From Candidatus Auribacterota bacterium (GTDB lineage: Bacteria; Auribacterota; UBA6266), in contig JAGLRQ010000124.1 of NCBI GenBank assembly GCA_023136205.1, positions 1 through 14,017 of the forward strand: DNA of 14,017 nt, in the 5' to 3' direction. Below, one piece after another: positions 1 to 7,416 of this stretch (positions within the stretch are counted from its first letter, which is position 1; each line of letters begins with the position of its first letter). The notes below the pieces were generated by a model that searched no databases, was not told where the DNA came from, and saw nothing but the letters and a program-made list of their open reading frames with translations. The translations under genes were made by a program, and so were the position numbers.

Positions 1-1221
1 GGCCTTTTGCAGGCTGTCATCCAGGCAATCCACAAAGATCTTCTCAGCGTCAAACTCAGGAAGGGTAAAAACAAATTTACTGCCTTTATGCAGAGCGCTT
101 TCTACCCAAATGCCGCCTTTATGCGCTTCAATGATACCCTTACAAATGGCTAATCCCAACCCGGTACCTTTCGTCCCGGCACCATCTATGCGGCCAATCT
201 GGGAAAACCTCTGAAAAAGCTTGGGTATATCCTCCCGGGCAATACCTATACCCGAATCTACAATCGCGACTTCAACCAACTTTTTTTCTCCTTTGTGTTC
301 AATAATAATCTGGATATTACCCCTGTCCGGTGTAAATTTCACCGCGTTATGGAGAAGATTTGTAAACACCTGGGTAATTTTATCTCTGTCTATATAGCAA
401 TATAACGATTTCTTACAAAAGCGGCTTGAAATTTTGAGCTTTTTTGATTTTATCTGCGAATTAAGAATCCTGGCCGCGTTTTGTGCTACAACACATATAT
501 CAACTTTGCTTCTCTGAATCCTAAGCAATCCCCTTCCAATTTGGGAATAATCAAGGAGATCGCTGATCAAACGATCTAAACGTTTAATATCTCTTTTCGC
601 CATTAATAGATAGTTTTTTAATTTATCGTTAATCTTTCCGGCTGTACCCATTAAGATATTATTAATCGCTCCCCCGATTCCAATTATAGGTGTTCTAAGT
701 TCGTGGGAAACGGTAGAAACAAACTCACTCTTCATCCTGTCAATCTGTTTTTCTCTGGTAACATCCCTTAAAACAGCAATAATCCCGATAATTTCCCCGT
801 TTTTGTCCTTTGCCGGGTTAATTTCAGCATATAAGACCAAACCTTCATCCGTGGGAACAGTAATTTCCATCGTAACTAAATTCTTCTTCTCTCTGCATTT
901 CTGAAAAGCTTTATCTAAATTAACGGCCCGCATTTTTTCATTGGTAACCTCCTCGTCAACTCTGAAACCCAGCATTCGCCTCGCCCGAGAGTTTAAAACC
1001 ATTATTCCTTCCCGGTCGTCAATCATAATCGCGGCCTCAACCATAATTTCAACCATAGACTCCATTTTCAATTTCTCAGTGGCAATAATTGCTTGTAATT
1101 TTTCAATGGCATTGGAAGAAAGAATAGATAGTTCAGAATTGGAATGTTCAAGCTTTACCATCTGTTCTCGCAAAGCTTTTGTTTCCTTAACAAGCTGTTC
1201 CCTGGTTTTTCCCTCATCCAT
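1..1221 (-). CDS. Sensor histidine kinase, soluble (coiled-coil + PAS-like + HisKA + HATPase_c); C-terminus runs off the window start (407 codons visible)
   Basis: Manual minus-strand translation from ATG at 1221..1219 gives MDEGKTREQLVKETKALREQ... An in-frame TAA lies 7 codons upstream, so this is the first ATG. H-box SEFVSTVSHELRTP (His codon at 705..703). N-box FTNLLHNAVKFT. G1 VDSGIGI. F-box FQRF. G2 GTGLGLAICKGI. The frame is open to position 1 (...CLDDSLQKA). No hydrophobic TM segment was seen. It is absent from the ORF track because it is truncated by the window edge. Confidence 0.9.
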   Translation of the reverse strand, partial: MDEGKTREQLVKETKALREQMVKLEHSNSELSILSSNAIEKLQAIIATEKLKMESMVEIMVEAAIMIDDREGIMVLNSRARRMLGFRVDEEVTNEKMRAVNLDKAFQKCREKKNLVTMEITVPTDEGLVLYAEINPAKDKNGEIIGIIAVLRDVTREKQIDRMKSEFVSTVSHELRTPIIGIGGAINNILMGTAGKINDKLKNYLLMAKRDIKRLDRLISDLLDYSQIGRGLLRIQRSKVDICVVAQNAARILNSQIKSKKLKISSRFCKKSLYCYIDRDKITQVFTNLLHNAVKFTPDRGNIQIIIEHKGEKKLVEVAIVDSGIGIAREDIPKLFQRFSQIGRIDGAGTKGTGLGLAICKGIIEAHKGGIWVESALHKGSKFVFTLPEFDAEKIFVDCLDDSLQKA

Positions 1222-1306
1222 TTTTCACTTCTTCCCTGTTATCTTCCGTAAGATTTAACCACTGAAACTTCCCGATTGATTTACCCCGTTAGAAAACCCT
1301 GCCACC

Positions 1307-1342
1307 CTCTCTTTCCTAAAGGAGTTTACTTTAGGGAGAGAG
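1307..1342 (-). promoter_or_regulatory. RNA hairpin straddling the stop codon of the GspB-like gene (possible attenuator or mRNA-stability element ahead of the kinase gene)
   Basis: 1315..1321 (cctaaag) pairs with 1329..1335 (ctttagg). 1307..1312 (ctctct) pairs with 1337..1342 (agagag). That gives 7+6 bp with a small internal loop. The 7 nt loop contains the TAA stop (1326..1328). No U-tract follows immediately on the minus strand (GGUGGCAGGGUUUUCU), so it is not a canonical terminator. Confidence 0.3.
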
Positions 1343-1976
1343 TAAATTCTTTTTGATCATGCATGAGGATTACACTGTCACTCTCGATTTTGATCACCTT
1401 CGCTCCCTTAATAGTATCACCCTCCGAGAGGATAATATCATCAATTATAACCATCGGCCTGCCGCTGCCGTCAAGAATCCCCTCTAAGGCCAATCCCGGA
1501 ATTTCCGTTTCTTTTTCCAGTGAAGCCTCTTCTTTGAATTCACCCGCCGCCTTTTTCTCCACGGGAAAAGGTTGTTCCACTGCCGCACCTTCCTTTACTC
1601 CCGGCAATGGCTCATTTACTGCCTCTTCTTTTCCTTCCACCGGCAATGACAATTCTGCTGCCGCGCGTTGTTTTTCATTCGGCTGCTTCGCGGCCGCGGA
1701 TACTGCGAACTGCTTCACAGATTTCACAAATTTAGATATCGCCGGCAAGGTAAATGCCTTATCTTTCAAAATGCCTGATTTAAAAATTCCATATAACAAA
1801 CCGGCCCCCATAAAAAAACAGGCTAAAAAAATCCAGCTCTTTTTCGCGATACCGGACCTCACAGGGATTTTACCATTTTCAGCGTTCTCCGGAGAAGCAG
1901 TTCCGTCACCGGCAGGCAAGGAAGATAATTTTTTTTCCTTTTCTGCTTTTTTTAACGCTTCGCTAATTATGCTCAT
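1326..1976 (-). CDS. GspB/ExeB-like (MshN-N-terminus-like) bitopic assembly protein, partner of the ExeA-like ATPase
   Basis: 216 aa. N-terminus MSIISEALKKAEKEK matches the characteristic GspB/ExeB/MshN start (MSxIxxALxKxE). One TM segment (SWIFLACFFMGAGLLYGIF). A/E/K/P-rich linker. C-terminal beta-domain LEGILDGSGRPMVIIDDIILSEGDTIKGAKVIKIESDSVILMHDQKEFTLSL. SD AGAGGG lies 6 nt before the ATG. 14 nt overlap with the upstream ATPase gene. Confidence 0.7.
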   Translation of the reverse strand: MSIISEALKKAEKEKKLSSLPAGDGTASPENAENGKIPVRSGIAKKSWIFLACFFMGAGLLYGIFKSGILKDKAFTLPAISKFVKSVKQFAVSAAAKQPNEKQRAAAELSLPVEGKEEAVNEPLPGVKEGAAVEQPFPVEKKAAGEFKEEASLEKETEIPGLALEGILDGSGRPMVIIDDIILSEGDTIKGAKVIKIESDSVILMHDQKEFTLSLK

Positions 1977-2781
1977 AGTTACCCTCTATTTCGGCGACAC
2001 TTTTCTTAATAATTTCTTTAGAAATATCTTTTGTTTCCAGAACAAAAGCCAGAAGCAAAGCCTTTTCACAAACCAGGTTTATGAGCCTCGGAACACCTCC
2101 GGCATAGATAAATATCTCCCTTATGGCAATCTCACTAAAATCAACTCCGTTTTCACAGCCGGCAATTTTAAGCCTATGATAAATGTAGGGCCTTACTTCA
2201 TCCTCGTCCAGAGGTAAAATATGGTATCTCACCGCGATTCTTTGCTGAAGCTGTTTTAAAGAGGGGTCGTCTAACCTTTTGCGCAACTGCGGCTGGCCTA
2301 CCAAAACAATCTGAAATAGTTTTTCTTTCTCTGTTTCTAAATTTGACAAAAGCCTTATCTCTTCTAAAAGGGATGGTTTAAGGTTTTGAGCTTCGTCAAC
2401 AATTAAGACCACATTATGATCCAGATTTAACCCCTCTATAAGAAAATTATTTAACTGTCGAAATAAATTTAATTTTGTTCTTCTCTCCACCTTTATCCCA
2501 AAATCCTCTACAATCGCTTCCAGCAGCTGTAACGGGGATAAATCGGGATTTAATATAAAAGCGGTTTTAGTTTTTTCATCCAAACTATTTAATAATGCCC
2601 TGCACAATGTGGTCTTTCCTGTTCCTATCTCTCCTGTTATTGCCAAAAACCCCTTCTTCTCCTTAATTCCATAAGTTAATTGGGAAAATGCTTCCTTATG
2701 TCTCCTGCTAAAAAAAATAAAACCGGGGTCACTGGTCACATTAAACGGTTTTTCTTTCAGCCCAAAAAATTGTTTATACAT
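1963..2781 (-). CDS. ExeA/GspA/MshM-type AAA+ ATPase (short, cytoplasmic-only form)
   Basis: 272 aa. N-terminus MYKQFFGLKEKPFNVTSDPGFIFFSRRHKEAFSQL is the typical ExeA/MshM start (FGLxxxPF...P.f.f....h.ea...L). Walker A GEIGTGKTT. Walker B VLIVDEAQ. No TM segment or C-terminal extension. Confidence 0.88.
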   Translation of the reverse strand: MYKQFFGLKEKPFNVTSDPGFIFFSRRHKEAFSQLTYGIKEKKGFLAITGEIGTGKTTLCRALLNSLDEKTKTAFILNPDLSPLQLLEAIVEDFGIKVERRTKLNLFRQLNNFLIEGLNLDHNVVLIVDEAQNLKPSLLEEIRLLSNLETEKEKLFQIVLVGQPQLRKRLDDPSLKQLQQRIAVRYHILPLDEDEVRPYIYHRLKIAGCENGVDFSEIAIREIFIYAGGVPRLINLVCEKALLLAFVLETKDISKEIIKKSVAEIEGNYEHN

Positions 2782-2798
2782 TTGCTTTCTCGTATCTA

Positions 2799-2821
2799 GT
2801 ATCTAACTAGCTGCTAGATAC
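2799..2821 (-). promoter_or_regulatory. Intercistronic RNA hairpin between the secretin and ExeA-like genes
   Basis: Minus-strand RNA GUAUCUAGC-AGCUA-GUUAGAUAC forms a 9 bp stem (one G.U) with a 5 nt loop. It fills most of the 43 nt spacer. No U-tract follows, so it is more likely a processing or stability element or a protein-binding palindrome than a terminator. Confidence 0.4.
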
Positions 2822-2824
2822 CAT

Positions 2825-4483
2825 TCACTGCTTTTCATTGTCCTTCTCAGTTCCAACATCAGCTCTGCCGACTTCAAACTGTTCAATCCCAGGCATTGAA
2901 GCAGTATTTCCGAATTCATCCACTTTTATAATATGGGCAGTAATAAATATGAGTAGATCAATTTTTTCCGTATTATGAGTTTTTCGCTGAAATAAAAGGC
3001 CCAAAAGAGGAATATCCCCCAGGAAAGGAACCTTATACACCCCCTCTTTTACTACATCTTTCAATAGCCCCCCGATAACCACAGTTTCACCGTCTTTCAT
3101 CAAAATTTGAGTTTCCGCTTCCCGGATATCCAGAATCGGGTAGGCTACATCTGCCCCTCCCAGTGTGGTTACAAGAGAAGTTATTGATGGATGAACAATC
3201 ATATTGATCTCGTCCACTCCGCAAATTTGTGGAACAACATTGAGTTGAATACCGTAATTCAGCCATTCTTCCAAACTATGTGTTGTAACCGCGGCCCCTG
3301 TTGCCGCCGTCATTTCTTCTTTTACAATCGGATATTTCCTACCCACCAGAATAGCAGCCTCCTGATTGTTTAAGGTTACAATCCTGGGCGCAGAAAGAGT
3401 ATTTGTATCCACATCCTCTTCCAGTGCATGGATGATAATCTCAAACTCTGTCCCCGTTAATTTCTTAAATATCAGTTCGAGGCCTGTGTCATAATCAAGC
3501 GTGCCGTCAATACCAGTCGCTTTAGGAATAAATACAGAGGGGGCAACCTGAGAAGTCAGCATTTGAGCCCCCACTGTGGCAACATTGATTTTCGTGCCTC
3601 CGCCTATACTCTTTTTGTTAACAGCTACACTCGTCACTGTATCTGATTCAGCTCCTGAACTTCCCGTACCCCAGTCAACCCCCAGGTCTTTAAGCCTATC
3701 GTGGTTGACCTCCATAAGTTTGGCTTCAATCAATATCTGCCTGGGCTTTATGTCAATCTCCGCAATCACCTTCTCCACCTTCTCAAGACTCGAGGGCACA
3801 TCACTTATAATTAAGGTTTTCGACCTTACTTTCTCATCGCCGGGAATATCCATTCTTTCCTTTTTCCCAAATTGCTCATTGCTAAAGGACCATCCTGTCT
3901 GGCCTTTTACTTTCAACACTGTAATTTTCCCTCTGGGGGAAAGCTGTTCACTAAGCACTTTTCTGACATCGCCAGCATCTAAATATTTAAGGATAAATAC
4001 CTTTGTTATCAGGGGAACGATTTCGCTCAAATCTTTGTACGCCTTTGTCCTCTCGGTTAACTCATCCATCGGCATCGCCGTAATAATATTTCCCTGCTTT
4101 TCATAGCCATAACCATAGGTTCTTAAGATAACCTCCAATGCTTCTTCCCAAAGAACATTGGTAAGCCGTATGGTAATCGGCCCCTGTACTTCCGGGCTTG
4201 CCACAATGTTCACACCGCTCTTGTACGAAAGAAGTCTCAGCACACTCCTGATATCGGCATTTTTAAAATCCATGGATACATAACCGGGTTTAGCCGTTTC
4301 AAACACTTCCGATTGTTCCAGGGGTGGAACTTTTTCCCCCGCGGCCATTTCTTCCTGAGCGGCAACCGGTGTAAACGGCATCAATAAAAAAATCAGGGCC
4401 ACACACAACAAATTTTTATTTTTCATACTAATCCCCTGCATTATATTCCATATTCCGTACACTCTATTTTGTTTTAGTGTCAT
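2825..4483 (-). CDS. pilQ: Type IV pilus / T2SS secretin (PilQ/MshL/GspD family), without AMIN domains
   Basis: N0-type domain VSMDFKNADIRSVLRLLSYKSGVNIVASPEVQGPITIRLTNVLWEEALEVILRTYGYGY. C-terminal secretin signature KVPFLGDIPLLGLLFQRKTHNTEKIDLLIFITAHII. Two plausible starts exist. ATG at 4483 has AGGA 5 nt upstream and a 1 nt TAATG overlap with the upstream gene. ATG at 4426 has AGGGGA 5 nt upstream and yields a canonical signal peptide MKNKNLLCVALIFLLMPFTPVAAQ. Confidence 0.93.
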   Translation of the reverse strand: MTLKQNRVYGIWNIMQGISMKNKNLLCVALIFLLMPFTPVAAQEEMAAGEKVPPLEQSEVFETAKPGYVSMDFKNADIRSVLRLLSYKSGVNIVASPEVQGPITIRLTNVLWEEALEVILRTYGYGYEKQGNIITAMPMDELTERTKAYKDLSEIVPLITKVFILKYLDAGDVRKVLSEQLSPRGKITVLKVKGQTGWSFSNEQFGKKERMDIPGDEKVRSKTLIISDVPSSLEKVEKVIAEIDIKPRQILIEAKLMEVNHDRLKDLGVDWGTGSSGAESDTVTSVAVNKKSIGGGTKINVATVGAQMLTSQVAPSVFIPKATGIDGTLDYDTGLELIFKKLTGTEFEIIIHALEEDVDTNTLSAPRIVTLNNQEAAILVGRKYPIVKEEMTAATGAAVTTHSLEEWLNYGIQLNVVPQICGVDEINMIVHPSITSLVTTLGGADVAYPILDIREAETQILMKDGETVVIGGLLKDVVKEGVYKVPFLGDIPLLGLLFQRKTHNTEKIDLLIFITAHIIKVDEFGNTASMPGIEQFEVGRADVGTEKDNEKQ

Positions 4484-4923
4484 TATTTTCCTAATTTGAG
4501 CTCGAATTCACAATTACCATCGCTTAAGAAAACCCTATCCTGTTTTATTCCAATTACCGTGTTTGTGCCGATTTTATCCCCTCTTTTCAGCACTTTACCG
4601 TTTATTATAGTCAGAGGATTGTCTTTATCCCACATTATCCCATTTAGTTTAAGTTCAACAGATATATCAGCCGACACCTTTGGGATCGTAAATGGATCTC
4701 TACCCCAGGAAGGGTACGCGCTTTTCGCCCAAATCCTTTTCGGAACTTCCTGAATTAAAAAATCTTCTGATATTTTATTCCCCGAAGAGGAATCCGCGAC
4801 TCCGACTGCCACCCTGTTCCCCTTTTCTTTTAAAGGAAATACAAAAGCACGGCCCCAGACAAAAACAACGACTGCAAGGAGTGCTAACAGTATAATTAAT
4901 TTTTTATTTTTCACTTTCACCAT
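4483..4923 (-). CDS. PilP/GspC-HR-like bitopic inner-membrane protein (secretin-contacting alignment component)
   Basis: 146 aa. N-terminal TM anchor LIILLALLAVVVFVW with no lipobox Cys. WGRDPF motif. C-terminal beta-domain LKLNGIMWDKDNPLTIINGKVLKRGDKIGTNTVIGIKQDRVFLSDGNCEFELKL. It sits in the PilP position between PilO and the secretin. It overlaps pilO by 20 nt and the secretin ORF by 1 nt. Confidence 0.6.
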   Translation of the reverse strand: MVKVKNKKLIILLALLAVVVFVWGRAFVFPLKEKGNRVAVGVADSSSGNKISEDFLIQEVPKRIWAKSAYPSWGRDPFTIPKVSADISVELKLNGIMWDKDNPLTIINGKVLKRGDKIGTNTVIGIKQDRVFLSDGNCEFELKLGK

Positions 4924-5422
4924 TCATCAAATACATTTTTGCTCTAAGACTTGCTGTTACTTTGGGATGGATTCCTTCATCTCTTTTTACTTTAAAACTC
5001 TCTATTGTAACTACGCTTTCTTCCAATTTTTCTAACGCGTTTAAGAATTGGCCAAAACCTTTGCATTTAGATTCCAATTCCATATAAATAGGTAAAATTT
5101 CATAAGGAGAATCCGGGTCTATCTTTATTTTTTCATGATTGATAGAAACAAAATTGATACCCAGTATCCTGGCCCGCTTTGTCAATTCATCCATGGCTAT
5201 GGAAATTCCCTCTTTAGTCGGGAGTTTTCTTCTTCCAAGTGATTCTCCAGTTTTGATAGTCACCCCCGCAATTATTAATTGACTCTCCACCTCTTTTAGC
5301 TCTTGATATGCCCCCCCTATTCTACCAGCCAGAGGAATGTATACAAAAAAAGATAGGCAGATAATTACAAGCACTATAACTACCCCGCTGCCTATAAGAA
5401 TTTTCCGCTTGTTTAACTTCAT
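4904..5422 (-). CDS. pilO: PilO-like alignment subcomplex protein (MshJ/GspM-like topology)
   Basis: 172 aa. Short basic N-terminus, one TM (ILIGSGVVIVLVIICLSFFVYI), then a coiled-coil-like segment (AYQELKEVESQL) and an alpha/beta C-terminal domain. It lies directly after PilMN and before the PilP-like gene. Assignment is by architecture and synteny rather than a sharp motif. Confidence 0.7.
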   Translation of the reverse strand: MKLNKRKILIGSGVVIVLVIICLSFFVYIPLAGRIGGAYQELKEVESQLIIAGVTIKTGESLGRRKLPTKEGISIAMDELTKRARILGINFVSINHEKIKIDPDSPYEILPIYMELESKCKGFGQFLNALEKLEESVVTIESFKVKRDEGIHPKVTASLRAKMYLMNGESEK

Positions 5423-5575
5423 TTCTTTTTGCCCCTAAGCATAACAGCATCTAGTCCCCTCTGGGGAGGCTACACTGCATTCCGCACTATCTCGTATCTC
5501 GTAAATAATTTTTTCTTCGTGATCTTCGCATCCCTGTTCGTAATTTGTAATTATTTTCTTTATCCAACAACTATA

Positions 5576-7240
5576 TTACTTGATGTAATCTATTTCTCCT
5601 TTCAATTTAAAGATAGAACTCCCCTCTATTTCCTCATGTTTCCTAGTCGTTACCAACACAATATTTTTAAATATACCCCTTTCCAAAGTTAACATAAGCC
5701 TGGAAAGCGATGCCAAGGTTGCTTCTTCCCCCGCAAGAATAATACCGCACAATGTAACTTCTTTAACACCTTCTCTGCCCTCCTGCATATTAATTTCAGT
5801 GATATAAATATTGGGCGGCGCTGCATTGCTTATTTCTTTAATAGGCTCTATCCAGTAAGGTTCATGTATTAATATCCGGTTTATTTGAAGCTGTTTTCGA
5901 GCTTCTTTAATCTGTGGTTCCAGACTAAGCAGTTCAACTTTTCCGGAAAATATTCTTTTATTGTAGTTTGCCAACTGCAAGCGCATACCGATATAAAGAA
6001 AGAGTAACAGGAGAATTACAGCCGTTGCAATAGCTTTAATACCGGCTCTCTCAATTAACCGCCTGGTTTCTTCTTTTACTTCAATTGGCAAAAGGTTTAT
6101 TCCATCGGCTGTTCCTAAAGCCGCGCCTATAGCTACACCCAGCCTATGCGGCACAATCTCCTTTTTATCAACTGCCCCGGATAAAACGTTAACCCATTTC
6201 AAAGGATCTCCTACGCTAACCTCCATCCTTAATTTATCCGACAGGTATTCTGTCAATCCTTTTAGCCCCGCGCTTCCGCCAAGTAAGATTGCCCTATCTA
6301 CGTTTCCGCCCTGCGCGCTTCCCCTGTAATAATCGAACGATCTGCCAATTTCATCGGAAAGTTTTTCTATTGACGGCCTGATCAAGGATAAAATTTGAGC
6401 TGCTGATACCTTTTCTCCCACCATCCTGCCTGCCGGTAGGTATGGCTGGTTTCGGCTTTCTTCCGGTATCCCATATTTTTTCTTTAGCCGCTCAACTTCA
6501 TTTATTTCAAATTCAAGACGGCCAAGGTCAGAAACAAGGACTCCCGTCATAGCCTTTGTAATATCTTCACCGGCCACGGGAAGCCTTCTTGAAAATTCAA
6601 TAGCTCCGTCTTTTAAAATACATAACTCCGCGAAATTAGCCCCTATTTCAATCAGGGCTACCGATTCTCCCTGTTTAAAACCGGCTTTCCCTGTCAGATT
6701 CCGAAGAGCCAGTGGAACCTGAATAACAGCCGCGCGTTTTATCATCACCTGACTAAGTATATCCAAATGCTCTACTATAGATCCCTTTGGACAGGCGGCT
6801 GCCAGCACTTCCTTCTTCTTTATTCCTTCCTCTTCGACCTCACCAAAAATTTCATAGTCTATCACAGCTTCATCAACCGGAAATGGGATATAATCTTTCA
6901 CATCCCATTTAACAGCTTCTGTCATTTCCGCTCTGGGCATCTCGGGCAAAACCAGTTTCCGTGTCAAACTGCCGGAACAATTTACTACTGAAATCACGTT
7001 TGCTCTTTTCAAATCCAAGCCATGTACAACTTCTCTTAAGCAGGCTACTGTTGCTTCCTTGAAAGCTTTTTCTTTATCCTCCTGCCTCCGCTGATGATAA
7101 TTCTCAAGGGAATCTAATAATTCTATTTTCTTCAACCTGGCTTTGACTAAAGACAGTTCCCCTCTGATAACAGTAAATTGAACCATCTTTATAGACGAAG
7201 TCCCGATATCAAGTCCGATTATACTTTTGGGTTGATTCAA
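5576..7240 (-). CDS. pilM: PilM-PilN fusion protein (actin-like ATPase-fold PilM domain + INLLP motif + TM + PilN periplasmic domain); GspL-like overall topology
   Basis: 554 aa. PilM N-terminus IIGLDIGTSSIKMVQF and later LLGGSAGLKGLTEYL (actin/FtsA-like phosphate motifs). INLLP at aa 381-385 (nt 6100..6086) is followed by the TM IKAIATAVILLLLFLYIGM and about 135 aa of periplasmic domain. The start is TTG (7240..7238), preceded by SD AGAGGG with a 5 nt spacer. The first downstream ATG would delete the GLDIGTSSIK motif. Confidence 0.9.
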   Translation of the reverse strand: MNQPKSIIGLDIGTSSIKMVQFTVIRGELSLVKARLKKIELLDSLENYHQRRQEDKEKAFKEATVACLREVVHGLDLKRANVISVVNCSGSLTRKLVLPEMPRAEMTEAVKWDVKDYIPFPVDEAVIDYEIFGEVEEEGIKKKEVLAAACPKGSIVEHLDILSQVMIKRAAVIQVPLALRNLTGKAGFKQGESVALIEIGANFAELCILKDGAIEFSRRLPVAGEDITKAMTGVLVSDLGRLEFEINEVERLKKKYGIPEESRNQPYLPAGRMVGEKVSAAQILSLIRPSIEKLSDEIGRSFDYYRGSAQGGNVDRAILLGGSAGLKGLTEYLSDKLRMEVSVGDPLKWVNVLSGAVDKKEIVPHRLGVAIGAALGTADGINLLPIEVKEETRRLIERAGIKAIATAVILLLLFLYIGMRLQLANYNKRIFSGKVELLSLEPQIKEARKQLQINRILIHEPYWIEPIKEISNAAPPNIYITEINMQEGREGVKEVTLCGIILAGEEATLASLSRLMLTLERGIFKNIVLVTTRKHEEIEGSSIFKLKGEIDYIK

Positions 7241-7280
7241 TTTAACCCTCTGATTAAATTATAATTAGAAACTATTTTAA

Positions 7281-7375
7281 GCCACAGAGCCTCAGAGGCC
7301 ACAGAGTTTTATAAACTAATTCTTTTGCTATAATTATTTTTATTTATTTCTTCGTGTTCTCAGTGTCTCCGTGGC
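7281..7375. repeat. Inverted copies of a ~26 nt GCCACAGAG-type element (REP/MITE-like) flanking an AT-rich spacer
   Basis: Plus strand 7281..7306 is gccacagag-cctcagag-gccacagag. The minus strand of 7350..7375 reads gccacggagacactgagaacacgaag. By eye 18 of 26 positions match, including the GCCAC(A/G)GAG ends. Related ATCTGTG x2 units lie at 7447..7463. Confidence 0.6.
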
Positions 7376-7416
7376 AATCTTATTCTTTTTCTTTTATTCA
7401 CAAAATTTTTGGCTGT

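Noticed and set aside
1363-2217. 284 aa plus-strand ORF, together with similar plus-strand ORFs at 941..1258, 3191..3373, 3576..4106, 4496..4753, 4692..4895, 6767..6991, 7539..7784, 7691..7900, 11166..11585, 11474..11704, 12092..12421, 12660..12896, 12773..12982, 13257..13559 and 13577..13987
   Set aside because: All lie antisense to minus-strand genes that carry unambiguous family motifs. Their translations are low-complexity (S/F/I/L/P-rich) with no recognisable motifs or SD sequences. They are typical shadow ORFs.
5429-5692. 87 aa plus-strand ORF spanning the pilMN-pilO spacer
   Set aside because: It has no SD and a low-complexity translation, and it overlaps the 3' end of pilMN in antisense.
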